A stretch of 64,000 bases of DNA from a virus: the IMG/VR virus record IMGVR_UViG_3300028772_000011, positions 29,275-93,274 of that record. One strand, given 5' to 3'. The notes beneath the pieces were generated by a model that saw only the letters and a list, made by a program, of their open reading frames with translations, had not been told where the DNA came from and did no database searches. Position numbers and translations under genes: made by a program. Shown here in pieces: positions 1 to 9,649 of the stretch; position 1 is the first letter of the stretch, and every line of letters starts with the position of its first letter.

Positions 1-16
1 ATTAAATAATTAAAAA

Positions 17-391
17 ATGATTGAAATTGAATCAGGACATTATTATTATTTTGACCTAAATAAAATTAACGATTGGATTTTTAACAACCAATCAGATATA
101 AATTTTATTGAAACTAAAGAATATACTTACACAAAAGAAAATGGGGGCATTGGTACAGAAATAAGTCATAATGAAAATAATACATCAAAGCAGATGTATT
201 CAAATACAAGGTTTGAGTTGTTGACTGACATGCTTAATTCACTATTTACCTTAACTTCAGAAAGCGACAACAATGGTGTTAAATTTATACAAAATACAGA
301 AGATTTAGGTATTGGAAATAAAATTATTTTTAATACACTAATAGAAAATGAATTTGTAGTTGATAAATTAGGCTCAAAAAAGAAAAAGTAA
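17..391 (+). CDS. hypothetical protein
   Basis: 124-aa ORF with A-rich leader, tightly packed with downstream genes. Confidence 0.7.
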   Translation: MIEIESGHYYYFDLNKINDWIFNNQSDINFIETKEYTYTKENGGIGTEISHNENNTSKQMYSNTRFELLTDMLNSLFTLTSESDNNGVKFIQNTEDLGIGNKIIFNTLIENEFVVDKLGSKKKK

Positions 392-393
392 AT

Positions 394-993
394 ATGGAAG
401 CAGAAGAAATTGAAAGAATATACGGAGAAAAAATATTCACTGAAGTCGAATTTAAGGATTGGAAATCGCCAGAGAATACCAGTTATGAAAATACAGTTGG
501 AATTGTAAAAGCAGAGGCGTCTGACTCTTCACCAGCATTTAAATTTGGGTTTGTTGGTAAGACACCTGAATGGATTTTCAAAAATATTATTGATAATACG
601 AACTCAGTACATAAAAAAATTAATGTTGGTACAGTACAATCAAATCACAAAGAAGACCACATTGATTGGCAAGATAAAAAAACTGGATTCAGCTATATGG
701 ATTTCAATGCTTCAACAAACACATTTATAGTAGCACTTACCGTATGGTATGCATTTTATATTGAAACAGGTTATTCGTATAGAGAAATGCAAAAGTTTTT
801 CGCTGAACAAATGAAATATCATTTTAATATAGTACCAGATAATATTACAATGTTAAGTCATATTATGGATGAAAAGGTTAGGTCATATAAACCAGATAAA
901 ACTAAAGTACTCACAGAAATGGAGAAATTAAGACAGGAACTAAATACAGTAACAGATAAACTAAATAAATTAAGTAATAAATATAATAAATAA
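394..993 (+). CDS. hypothetical protein
   Basis: 199-aa ORF; stop overlaps next ATG (TAATG). Confidence 0.7.
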   Translation: MEAEEIERIYGEKIFTEVEFKDWKSPENTSYENTVGIVKAEASDSSPAFKFGFVGKTPEWIFKNIIDNTNSVHKKINVGTVQSNHKEDHIDWQDKKTGFSYMDFNASTNTFIVALTVWYAFYIETGYSYREMQKFFAEQMKYHFNIVPDNITMLSHIMDEKVRSYKPDKTKVLTEMEKLRQELNTVTDKLNKLSNKYNK

Positions 994-2261
994 TGGATAA
1001 TAAAGTAAAAGAAATCTCAGAAAAAATAGAAGATGCGATTGGAAAGTTAAAAGATAAAAACTTTACGATCAATTTTTTTATTATTGACACAAAAGGAGTT
1101 CCAAATGGTAATACTCGATACATCTACGAAACAGCAAAAAGTTTGATTGATAATGAATATAAATGTTTCATGCTATATCAACAAGAAAAAGAAACGGTTC
1201 AATTTACAGTCCTCGATGTAGTAGAACCACCTCACAAGAGACAAAACGGTGATTGGGATGTTGTTATCAGAACAAAATTAAATGATGAATTTATTGACAA
1301 ACAGAAAATAGGCAAAGAGATTGACATTAAAAAACATAAAATCGGGTACGTTTGGGAAGAAGAAATTGAAGTACCTTTTATTGGTGTTCGCAGTTGGATG
1401 GGTGATGAATTTGCAGATATTGCTCATGGAAGTATCGGTGGTGATACAATTAAAATTTCAACATCTGATTTTTTAATTATTCCAGAACTGTTTGCAAATG
1501 TAATGAGCCAGACAAGTAAACTACCTTGTAAACGAATTGTTTTGTGTCAAAATTTAAATTATATTACAGAATTTATTTCTCTTGGTAGTTCATGGATGAG
1601 CTATGGTATTAGTGATGTAATAACCACAACTGAAACCCAAGCCGAAGAAATTAAGGGATTATTCCCATATATTAGCACAAAGGTTATTAATCCTTCCATA
1701 CCAAGTTTTTTCAGGAATAATACTGAACCTAAAAAAATTGTAATATCAACCGTAATTAAAGATGCTTCGTTATTAAAAAAATTAGTTAATCAATTTTATT
1801 GGAAATACCCACAATACAGTTGGGTTACTTTCATGGATTTAAGAAGTCTAAGTAGAGAATCATTTGCTAATACACTTAGAGAATCTGCTATTACAGTTTG
1901 GGTAGATGATGAAACATATTTTGGCCATGCGCCAGTAGAAGCAATTAAATCAGGTAGTATTGTTATTGGAAAAATACCAGATACAATACCAGAATGGATG
2001 TATTTGGATGATAAATCGGATATTTCAACAAATGGATTATGGTTTGATAATTTTAGGGATGTACATAAGCTTATTGCTCAAGCGATTAAACTTTGGCTTG
2101 ATGATGAAATACCAGCAATTGTAACAGATGAAATGGTAAAAATGACAGATAAATATTCAGATGAAAGTAAGGAAGTTCAACTTTTAAACGCATTCAGAGA
2201 ATATACTTTAGAACGAATTACAGAATTAACTGAAATTAAAAATAAAATTGAAAATAAATAA
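993..2261 (+). CDS. GT-B fold glycosyltransferase (GT4-like)
   Basis: N-terminal GNTRYIYE..KSL, DFLIIPE, and C-terminal ETYFGHAPVEAIKSGSIVIG resembling the E-x-F-G-x-P-x-E-A GT-B motif. Confidence 0.7.
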   Translation: MDNKVKEISEKIEDAIGKLKDKNFTINFFIIDTKGVPNGNTRYIYETAKSLIDNEYKCFMLYQQEKETVQFTVLDVVEPPHKRQNGDWDVVIRTKLNDEFIDKQKIGKEIDIKKHKIGYVWEEEIEVPFIGVRSWMGDEFADIAHGSIGGDTIKISTSDFLIIPELFANVMSQTSKLPCKRIVLCQNLNYITEFISLGSSWMSYGISDVITTTETQAEEIKGLFPYISTKVINPSIPSFFRNNTEPKKIVISTVIKDASLLKKLVNQFYWKYPQYSWVTFMDLRSLSRESFANTLRESAITVWVDDETYFGHAPVEAIKSGSIVIGKIPDTIPEWMYLDDKSDISTNGLWFDNFRDVHKLIAQAIKLWLDDEIPAIVTDEMVKMTDKYSDESKEVQLLNAFREYTLERITELTEIKNKIENK

Positions 2262-2263
2262 AA

Positions 2264-3064
2264 ATGGAAGAACTTACGATTATAATCCCAATTCATGAAT
2301 TTAACGAAACCATTGGGAACTATTTAGCAAGAGCAATTCAAAGTGTTGAAGCGCAAACAGAAAAACCAAGTAGTATCCTAATTGTCGGTCCAAAAGGGGT
2401 ATTGGGTAATATTAAACAGTTGGACGATAATTTGGTTAGTGTGAATTTAGTTGAGAATAAAGGAGAAACAGACTACTGTTCTCAAATAAATTTAGCTGTT
2501 AAATCCGTCGATACAAAGTATTTTTCAATTCTGGAATTTGATGATTATTATCAAAAAAATTGGATTAAGAATGTTAATATATATACAAAATATAAACCAG
2601 ACTTTTCTATATTTTTACCAATTTCAAAATTTGTAGATGTTAAAGATAATGAAGTTTGTTTGTCGAACGAAATAATTTGGTCACTATCGTTTACAGACAC
2701 ACTTGGTGTTATAGAACCAGATATTTTACAGTCATATGGTGACTTTTCAGTACCAGGTGGTGTTTTACGAGTAGATGATTTCATTGAGGTAGGTGGGCTG
2801 AAACCATCAATCAAGTTATCTTTCTGGTATGAATTTTTATTAAGAGCATCAAACAATGGTGTTAAAATATTTGTAATTCCTAAGACTGGGTATGTACATA
2901 CTATAGAACGTAAAAATTCTTTAATGAGTGAGTATATTGAAATGCCTGAAAAGGAAAAATTATTCTGGATTGAATTAGCAAAAAAAGAATATTACTTTGT
3001 TAATGAACGAGTAGACAAAGCAAAATATATCGAAAAGAAAAAACTAACTGAAATAATTAAATAA
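2264..3064 (+). CDS. glycosyltransferase family 2 (GT-A)
   Basis: LTIIIPIH...RAIQSVEAQT, INLAV, ILEFDD (DxD-like), FIEVGG. Confidence 0.8.
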   Translation: MEELTIIIPIHEFNETIGNYLARAIQSVEAQTEKPSSILIVGPKGVLGNIKQLDDNLVSVNLVENKGETDYCSQINLAVKSVDTKYFSILEFDDYYQKNWIKNVNIYTKYKPDFSIFLPISKFVDVKDNEVCLSNEIIWSLSFTDTLGVIEPDILQSYGDFSVPGGVLRVDDFIEVGGLKPSIKLSFWYEFLLRASNNGVKIFVIPKTGYVHTIERKNSLMSEYIEMPEKEKLFWIELAKKEYYFVNERVDKAKYIEKKKLTEIIK

Positions 3065-3065
3065 T

Positions 3066-3491
3066 ATGAGTGAAATAGGTAAAATGTCACCAGAAGCTAT
3101 TCGATCATTTAATAAAAAAGATATTAATAAATGCATTAAAAATTGGGCACAACTCGGATTTAACAATGGTCTATCTGAACCACAATTAACAAATGTGTCT
3201 ATTGCATTCGAAACAATGGACAGTATTTTATTAAATTCATTTACTAATCAATACCAAACCGAAATTGGGTTACTTGTATTTCCAATAGCAAGACGCATTT
3301 TTCAAAAAGTAGACCATGAAATTACGATTGGTGTTATAGTTGATAATTCAATTACTCTAATAGATGAACTCTCAAAATCTTACGTAGAAAGCATAACAGA
3401 AGATTTTATTGCTCAAAGTAAAAAATTCAATATCGACTATGAAGCGGAGTTTTGTGCTGTGTTTTCGGAAAAATATAAATTAAACCTTTAA
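3066..3491 (+). CDS. mini-paralog of the major capsid protein (gp23 N-terminal segment plus spine-helix segment)
   Basis: KNWAQLGFNNGL..FE..VFPIARRIFQK matches MCP KRWDALGFTEGL..FE..VFPMIRRVFSK; NIDYEAEFCAVFS matches MCP NIDAEAELTAVLS. Confidence 0.75.
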   Translation: MSEIGKMSPEAIRSFNKKDINKCIKNWAQLGFNNGLSEPQLTNVSIAFETMDSILLNSFTNQYQTEIGLLVFPIARRIFQKVDHEITIGVIVDNSITLIDELSKSYVESITEDFIAQSKKFNIDYEAEFCAVFSEKYKLNL

Positions 3492-3496
3492 ATTAT

Positions 3497-3532
3497 AAAT
3501 GTCAAGTATTCGACACTGTTTACTTGACATTT
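3497..3532 (+). terminator. hairpin / putative intrinsic terminator
   Basis: AAATGTCAAGTA / TACTTGACATTT 12-bp inverted repeat followed by T-rich tract. Confidence 0.55.
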
Positions 3533-3553
3533 TATTTCTTATCAAACTAATAA

Positions 3554-3621
3554 AGCATCGGCATAAGATGTTCAAAGAACATAGCCAAATAAAGCGTAAT
3601 AACCTTACGGAAATAGATGTT
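3554..3621 (+). ncRNA. candidate three-way-junction cis-regulatory RNA in the leader of the late sigma-like gene
   Basis: P1 AGCATC/GATGTT, P2 GGC+ATGTTC/GAACAT+GCC, P3 CGTAA/TTACG; locally GC-enriched. Confidence 0.4.
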
Positions 3622-3656
3622 GCAAAAAAAATAATATTTTTTACAACAAGTATAAA

Positions 3657-4391
3657 ATGGCTAAACGAGGAAGACCCCCGAAACCGAAAGAAGAACGCAC
3701 TGGATTCTACTTCTATACCGATGAAGAAAATGCTGTAGTAGCATATATAAAATCAAAGTCCAGAAAAGAAAAGAATGATATATTTAAAACAATATTAGAA
3801 GTTCCATTTACTAAAATGATTGAATCTATTATTAGGAGATACTTCAAAGATAATATAACTCAAGAAGATTTTCAAGTATATTTTAATGATACTATGGGTC
3901 ATGTAATTGAAAAGATGGTATTATATGATAAAAATAGATGTAAAAAAGCATATTCATATATTGGAACAATTGTTAGAAATTACGTATTAAGTAGATTAAT
4001 TGACAATAGAAAGGCATTATTAAGAGATGCTCAATTTGATGATTTATCAGATGAATTAAATGAGGATATTAATTATTCTTATAATATTAGTGATCACCAT
4101 AATTCAGATATGACTGAAATTATAGATTTAACAACTTCAAAGATAAATGAATTATTGATGGATGGTAAACAAAAATTAATTTATAATGAGATGTTAGTTG
4201 GCAAGGCGTTAGTCGAATTAATGTCAAACTGGGATGAGGTATTTACAGACTTAGGTTCAAATAAATTTAATAAAAGTTCCATTTTATTTTATTTAAAGGA
4301 AACGACTAATTTATCAACTAAAGAAGTTAGGAGTTCAATGAGAAAGTTTAAGACGATATATAATAAAACTAAAGAAATTGTTTATGCTTAA
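3657..4391 (+). CDS. sigma-factor-like protein, candidate late-transcription sigma (T4 gp55-like)
   Basis: region-2-like KMIESIIRRY...YDKNRCKKAYSYIGTIVRNY; basic N-terminus; upstream of structural genes. Confidence 0.55.
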   Translation: MAKRGRPPKPKEERTGFYFYTDEENAVVAYIKSKSRKEKNDIFKTILEVPFTKMIESIIRRYFKDNITQEDFQVYFNDTMGHVIEKMVLYDKNRCKKAYSYIGTIVRNYVLSRLIDNRKALLRDAQFDDLSDELNEDINYSYNISDHHNSDMTEIIDLTTSKINELLMDGKQKLIYNEMLVGKALVELMSNWDEVFTDLGSNKFNKSSILFYLKETTNLSTKEVRSSMRKFKTIYNKTKEIVYA

Positions 4392-4407
4392 AAAAATATA
4401 AATATTA

Positions 4408-4415
4408 TATTTATT
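4408..4415 (+). promoter_or_regulatory. putative late promoter (TATTTATT variant)
   Basis: 13 nt before ATG 4429; one mismatch to recurrent TATTTATA. Confidence 0.5.
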
Positions 4416-4428
4416 ATAAAAAAACATT

Positions 4429-4857
4429 ATGGGGACCTTTAAATTAAAACTAAATTCCGTTGAAAAGACGGAATCGTTATTACAAGAAATATATGACGAT
4501 TCTCTCAGGCAACAGAATCTACTTCAAACATTAATAAATGAACTTCGAGAATCTACAACTTTAATTGATGAACCACTTGATTCAAAAACTAAATTTGCAA
4601 AAGCTTTAAATGACTTCTCTGTAACAAAAGATAAAGCTATAGGTAGAAAATTGGATGTAGCAAAGGTTATGGCTGAGATATTAAAATATAGTGGTAACAT
4701 TGAAAAAGTGCTTGTAGAAGCTGAAATATTTAATAAATTGGACTTAGGTGACGAATTTAAGAAAGTTCGAGAGCAGGTAATTGAACCAATCTCCAATAAT
4801 GAAAAACCAAAAGCAGAGGAATATATTACGAATTCACAAAAACCAAGATTTCAATAA
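4429..4857 (+). CDS. hypothetical helical protein
   Basis: 142-aa ORF after late-type promoter. Confidence 0.7.
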   Translation: MGTFKLKLNSVEKTESLLQEIYDDSLRQQNLLQTLINELRESTTLIDEPLDSKTKFAKALNDFSVTKDKAIGRKLDVAKVMAEILKYSGNIEKVLVEAEIFNKLDLGDEFKKVREQVIEPISNNEKPKAEEYITNSQKPRFQ

Positions 4858-4859
4858 TA

Positions 4860-6305
4860 ATGGTATCAATTTCTAAACAGAAAAATAGTATATTTGGTGG
4901 TATTGCAGCATTAAAAACGATATCGGAACAATCACTAATTAAGTTAAATGGTAAAAAAAATTCTACCATCGGGGAAGCAAATAATATTATGTCTTCTCTT
5001 TTAGAAATTTTTAATCAACTTGGTGGATATAATGACTTAATACAAACAATTGAGAATATTTTAATTAAAAGACTTAGTGATATTGAAAACACAATTAAGG
5101 GGTCTATTAAAACTTCTATTAAACAAATAATATCTTGTGGTATAGAACCCACAATCACACCAGAATTAGTTTCCACTGGTGTAACATTCAACTTAAAAAA
5201 TATAGATCCACTTTCATTATTAACTATAAATCCAAAATCTGATAATGGTGAATTAGTTTATTTTGATAATGATCAAGGTCTTAATTCAAGAGATTTTAAT
5301 GTATTTTTATATTCTATTATTTCGGATGGAATCAATAATCAATACAGTACTGGTCATACATGGTACTCATCTAATGCATTGGACAAACAACCACTGATAA
5401 CAGTGTCATTTCAAGAGTTTGATCAAACAAACCATAGTTTAAATAATCTAACAATAAAAATAGATAGTTTTTACCAGGGTAAGAAACTAAGTGCGTTTAT
5501 AAGTGACTATTTAGATAGTATTAACTTATTTAATAATACTCAGCTACTGTCATCGATATTTGATGATATTATGGGTACAAAAATATTTTCTATTAATAAA
5601 ACATCAGAGCAAATTGCCGCTGAAAAAATAATTGAGAATTTGTGTAATAATATATTAAATAATGTTGATGAATCAGATGTTATAGACGATAGTTTTTATA
5701 TATTTTCAAATGATACATATAATAGCATATTAGAAGAGGCCGAAAATAAAAAAAATGGTGTATTCACATATAACGGGGACACAAATTTAGTATTATCTGT
5801 TGACCAAACATCTTTAATGAACTCACTATTAAATTTAAAAAATACAGATTCAAATAAGATAACCGACCAAACAAACATAATAAAAGAGGCTATTGATAAT
5901 TTAACTACTGATATTCTAAAAAACTCAACTATTGCCGAGAAAGATAAGTTCTCATTAAAACTAAATTTAATTCAAAATATTATCAAAAAATTAATGTCAA
6001 CTATAACAATGTTTATATTTTCACCTAAAATTATTTATTTATTTATAATGACAAGTAAGTTATTAGGTGTAGAAGATACGGGTGATATAGTACAATTTGT
6101 TAAAAAAAATATTAACGTATATAAATTAATAATAATTGCAATTAGAGATATTATAGTCTCAGAAATAACAAAGGAAATTGAAAAACTATTAGCACCATTA
6201 ATATCACAAGTTGTGGTTATACTTACAAAAGAAAAATTTTCTATATATAAAACGCAAATTGATGGGATACTCGCGCTGGCGACATCGATTACATCTTTAA
6301 TTTAA
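4860..6305 (+). CDS. putative virion structural protein
   Basis: 481-aa ORF in operon with tail-tube-like and gp5-like genes. Confidence 0.5.
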   Translation: MVSISKQKNSIFGGIAALKTISEQSLIKLNGKKNSTIGEANNIMSSLLEIFNQLGGYNDLIQTIENILIKRLSDIENTIKGSIKTSIKQIISCGIEPTITPELVSTGVTFNLKNIDPLSLLTINPKSDNGELVYFDNDQGLNSRDFNVFLYSIISDGINNQYSTGHTWYSSNALDKQPLITVSFQEFDQTNHSLNNLTIKIDSFYQGKKLSAFISDYLDSINLFNNTQLLSSIFDDIMGTKIFSINKTSEQIAAEKIIENLCNNILNNVDESDVIDDSFYIFSNDTYNSILEEAENKKNGVFTYNGDTNLVLSVDQTSLMNSLLNLKNTDSNKITDQTNIIKEAIDNLTTDILKNSTIAEKDKFSLKLNLIQNIIKKLMSTITMFIFSPKIIYLFIMTSKLLGVEDTGDIVQFVKKNINVYKLIIIAIRDIIVSEITKEIEKLLAPLISQVVVILTKEKFSIYKTQIDGILALATSITSLI

Positions 6306-6313
6306 TAAAAACA

Positions 6314-6706
6314 ATGGCAAATATAAGTAATATTTTTAGTTTGATAACCAATATGTTAAATGCATATAGGACACCACCACCAGAAATACCATCGTTATTA
6401 TTATTAACAGGTGCAAAACTTAGACCTGGACTATCCCCAACACTTATAGCCGCAAAAATAATAAGTAGACAACACGAAGCGGGAGCTCCTACAGGAGTAT
6501 TACCATCTGGTGGAAAGAATATTATGGAAGCAATGGAAGTTATCCGTATTCAAGAAATAATAAGCGCTCTCCAAGTAGATGCAAGGATTGATGTAGCTAT
6601 CAATATGGGAATACCTGTTCAAGCCAATGGAGCTAATGGTGGAGGACCAGTGGTAGTAGCTGGTATGACAATAGGTATTGGTTCGGGAACTGGTATAATA
6701 AGATAA
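6314..6706 (+). CDS. putative baseplate/spike-associated protein
   Basis: Gly/Pro-rich 130 aa with beta-strand-like C-terminus; tail context. Confidence 0.4.
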   Translation: MANISNIFSLITNMLNAYRTPPPEIPSLLLLTGAKLRPGLSPTLIAAKIISRQHEAGAPTGVLPSGGKNIMEAMEVIRIQEIISALQVDARIDVAINMGIPVQANGANGGGPVVVAGMTIGIGSGTGIIR

Positions 6707-6725
6707 ATAAATAAATAAAAATATT

Positions 6726-7199
6726 ATGGAAAATAAAAAAAAATTAGAAATGGATTTATTAAATGCAACAGTTTATTTAAAAAGTTCAGAAGATTTAGTT
6801 GGAATTCACACTCAGCCACTTATTTACGAACCAATTAGAAATAATAGATTTGTAGTTAAATTTCCAAGTGAAATTGGAATTCAAAGCTGGACAGTAGATT
6901 CTATTTCTACACCCAATATTATTAACGGAAAATGGAATAATACAAATGTAAACATAATGAATTTAATAAGTGAAAATACACCAATACGCGTACTTGATAA
7001 TTTATTAAAAAAGAAAAATTTTGATGTAACATTTGAATTTCTCGATCCGACAGGCGTTTCAATTCAAAAATGGATAATAAATATTAAAAAAGTTATATCA
7101 ATTGATTTTGGAGGACTAATTGAGTATGGAAATGATAAAATAAACATTATTAGTATTGTAATGGAAACCAAAAAGTGTAATTTATCCTTTGGTGTATGA
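6726..7199 (+). CDS. tail tube protein-like (gp19-like), divergent
   Basis: YEPIRNNRFVVKFP...IQSWTVDSISTP and LDPTGVSIQKWII motifs typical of gp19-like tube proteins. Confidence 0.6.
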   Translation: MENKKKLEMDLLNATVYLKSSEDLVGIHTQPLIYEPIRNNRFVVKFPSEIGIQSWTVDSISTPNIINGKWNNTNVNIMNLISENTPIRVLDNLLKKKNFDVTFEFLDPTGVSIQKWIINIKKVISIDFGGLIEYGNDKINIISIVMETKKCNLSFGV

Positions 7200-7387
7200 A
7201 AATAGATTGGGAAGAATACTCTAATTCTGAAATAGAGACAAAATTAAAAACAATGAGTTTTGATTATGAAAAATTAACAAATGAAATAAATGAAAAGGGT
7301 TATTTATTAAGCGAGTTGAATAAAAGTTATAGAAAAGGTAAGAATATACTTGAAAAAAGATTAAACCCTGGAAAAAAAATTAATTAA
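7196..7387 (+). CDS. small coiled-coil hypothetical protein
   Basis: 63 aa, ATGA overlap with upstream gene. Confidence 0.65.
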   Translation: MKIDWEEYSNSEIETKLKTMSFDYEKLTNEINEKGYLLSELNKSYRKGKNILEKRLNPGKKIN

Positions 7388-7389
7388 TT

Positions 7390-8208
7390 ATGGATTATGC
7401 ATTTAAATTTGGTATAGTTGTATCCGTCACTGATATTGAAGATGGTGATAGGATACGTGTATACATTAAAGGGGAAGATCCAGCAAACTATAATATTAAA
7501 GATATACCATACGCTTTTCCTATGATGCCTAAGCATTTATTCATTAAGCCACAGATAGGTGAAATGGTATTGGTGTTTAGACAAGGGGATCGTTCTTCAG
7601 ATGATAGATTTTATATAGGCCCAATAATATCCCAACCAGATAAATTAGGACGAGATACCGTAGCACCAGATGCTTTTTTAAGAAGTGGAATTATCGCTCC
7701 AAGTATCGCTCCATCAACTATACCAGAGAATAGGGGATTACAACCAGATAGTTCTGATATAGCAATATTCGGTAGGGGAAGTACCGATATAATACATAAA
7801 AAAGATGAAATACAAATACGAGCTGGTAAATCAGTAGACTTAAAAAAATTTAATAGAAATAATTTAACATATATACAAGTAAAAAATGACCCATCAAATG
7901 GAAAAGGCCAAATCAATATAGTTTCTGATAACATTAATTTTTTAAGTCATAGCAGTGCAACAAAATTTAATTTATGTGATCCAGAAAAACTTGTAACAGA
8001 CGAAGAGTTTCAGAAAATATTAAATGAAGCTCAACAAATACCATTAGGTAATAAACTAATAGAATTTTTATTATTACAACAAAAAGCATTTGCATCACAC
8101 GTACACGCATATCCAGGGTTACCACCAGATGCAACACAGGCTGAGGTAAAAAATTATTTAGACTTCGATTTAACGAAATTATTATCACAAAATTTTAGAT
8201 GTAATTAA
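7390..8208 (+). CDS. baseplate hub/central spike protein (gp5/VgrG-like OB fold)
   Basis: GIVVSVTD..DRIRV, PQIGEMVLV, RFYIGPI OB-fold motifs; C-terminal HVH metal-binding spike motif. Confidence 0.75.
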   Translation: MDYAFKFGIVVSVTDIEDGDRIRVYIKGEDPANYNIKDIPYAFPMMPKHLFIKPQIGEMVLVFRQGDRSSDDRFYIGPIISQPDKLGRDTVAPDAFLRSGIIAPSIAPSTIPENRGLQPDSSDIAIFGRGSTDIIHKKDEIQIRAGKSVDLKKFNRNNLTYIQVKNDPSNGKGQINIVSDNINFLSHSSATKFNLCDPEKLVTDEEFQKILNEAQQIPLGNKLIEFLLLQQKAFASHVHAYPGLPPDATQAEVKNYLDFDLTKLLSQNFRCN

Positions 8209-8222
8209 ATATCGAAATAAAC

Positions 8223-8249
8223 AAAAGTCAATCTAAACCATTGACTTTT
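8223..8249 (+). terminator. intrinsic terminator
   Basis: AAAAGTCAAT / ATTGACTTTT stem plus T-tract. Confidence 0.6.
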
Positions 8250-8261
8250 TATTTTTTAAAC

Positions 8262-8269
8262 TATTTATA
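8262..8269 (+). promoter_or_regulatory. putative late promoter TATTTATA
   Basis: 15 nt before ATG 8285. Confidence 0.6.
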
Positions 8270-8284
8270 GTAAAATAAATCCAA

Positions 8285-9649
8285 ATGAATATAAAAACGT
8301 ATTTAGATAAAACGAATACAATTGTCTATAACTCACTTGTAAACACTGGTCAAAACCCAGTATGTGAATTATATTATGGGGATGGATTCACTCGTGTATT
8401 ACTACATTTTGATACCAGTAAAATTAGCGCATTAATAGACGATAAAACATTTGCTGATACAACCAAATTAAAACACATATTAAAATTAAAAAATTGTTGG
8501 GGTTTACAAACAATTGACAGTAGAAGCGTATTTAATTCTGGTAAAGACACAGTTAAAGAAAGAACATCATCTTTTGATTTATATTTAATTAGAATACCAG
8601 AGTTATGGGATGCAGGTGTTGGTAATGAGTTTACCAAAGATGGATTTATTACAAAACAACCAAGTCTTTCGTATAATGCATCTAACTGGTTTAATTCTGG
8701 AACAGAGAAACCGTGGTATAATGGAAATGGTGTATTATCTGAAATATCATCAACTGATATAATAGCAATTCAGCATTTTGATATTGGTAATGAGGACATA
8801 GAAATTGATTTAACAGATGAAATAAATAATATTTTATCTGGAAACACAGATAATAATGGGTTTATGTTAAAATTTGTTGATCAACTCGAACAAACTACAA
8901 TGAACAAAGCACAATACGTTGGGTTTTTTACACAAAATAGTAACACATTTTTCAAACCTTTTATTGAATCGACTTATGATGATGTTATTTCAGATGATAG
9001 AAATGACTTTTATCTGGATAAGGATAATAAATTATATTTCTATTCTATCATAGGGGGTCATTTAACGAACTTAGACCAATTACCGACCTGTTCTATCAGC
9101 GAAGAAGAGAAAGTTGTTTATCAAGCCTCAAAAGGGGTTTATTACATTGAATTAAACTTATCATCACAAGCAGTCCAAGAAAATGAGATGATATATGATA
9201 TTTGGTCAAATATAATATTCAATCATATTACGTTTAATGATGTTGAACTTGACTTTGTAACTAAAACCAGTTCTAATTATTTTGATTTTGGAAATTCAAA
9301 AATAGAAACAAAAAAATATACGACTAATATATTCGGTATTAATAATGATCAAAAAGTTGATAGGGGTCAAAGAATTAAGATAGGGGTACAGGCTAGAGAA
9401 GAATTTACGATCAACAAATCGATAAATTCAAATAATATGGAAATTAGAATATACGTAAAAGAAGTTGATAAACAATTTGATGTAATCTCATGGGATAAAA
9501 TCGAAAAAGGCTCAACTGAAAATTATTATATGTTAGATACAGATAGTTTACTACCAAACAAATATTATATAGATATTAAAATGAATGTGAATAACGAAAT
9601 AAAAATACACAAGGAATTACTTGTTTTTAATATAGTTAATCAAATTTAA
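8285..9649 (+). CDS. putative virion structural protein (beta-sandwich, DNRLRE-like N-terminal half)
   Basis: NTGQNP..EL, RVLLHFD, WDAGVG, NNGFMLK pattern; late promoter. Confidence 0.55.
   Translation: MNIKTYLDKTNTIVYNSLVNTGQNPVCELYYGDGFTRVLLHFDTSKISALIDDKTFADTTKLKHILKLKNCWGLQTIDSRSVFNSGKDTVKERTSSFDLYLIRIPELWDAGVGNEFTKDGFITKQPSLSYNASNWFNSGTEKPWYNGNGVLSEISSTDIIAIQHFDIGNEDIEIDLTDEINNILSGNTDNNGFMLKFVDQLEQTTMNKAQYVGFFTQNSNTFFKPFIESTYDDVISDDRNDFYLDKDNKLYFYSIIGGHLTNLDQLPTCSISEEEKVVYQASKGVYYIELNLSSQAVQENEMIYDIWSNIIFNHITFNDVELDFVTKTSSNYFDFGNSKIETKKYTTNIFGINNDQKVDRGQRIKIGVQAREEFTINKSINSNNMEIRIYVKEVDKQFDVISWDKIEKGSTENYYMLDTDSLLPNKYYIDIKMNVNNEIKIHKELLVFNIVNQI

Noticed and set aside
1194-1373. Intein in the GT-B glycosyltransferase
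   Set aside because: Too short, and lacks N-terminal Cys/Ser and C-terminal His-Asn splice motifs
3499-3738. 79-aa ORF overlapping the sigma-like gene
   Set aside because: Runs through a hairpin and the structured leader and overlaps the sigma start out of frame; a regulatory uORF role is not excluded
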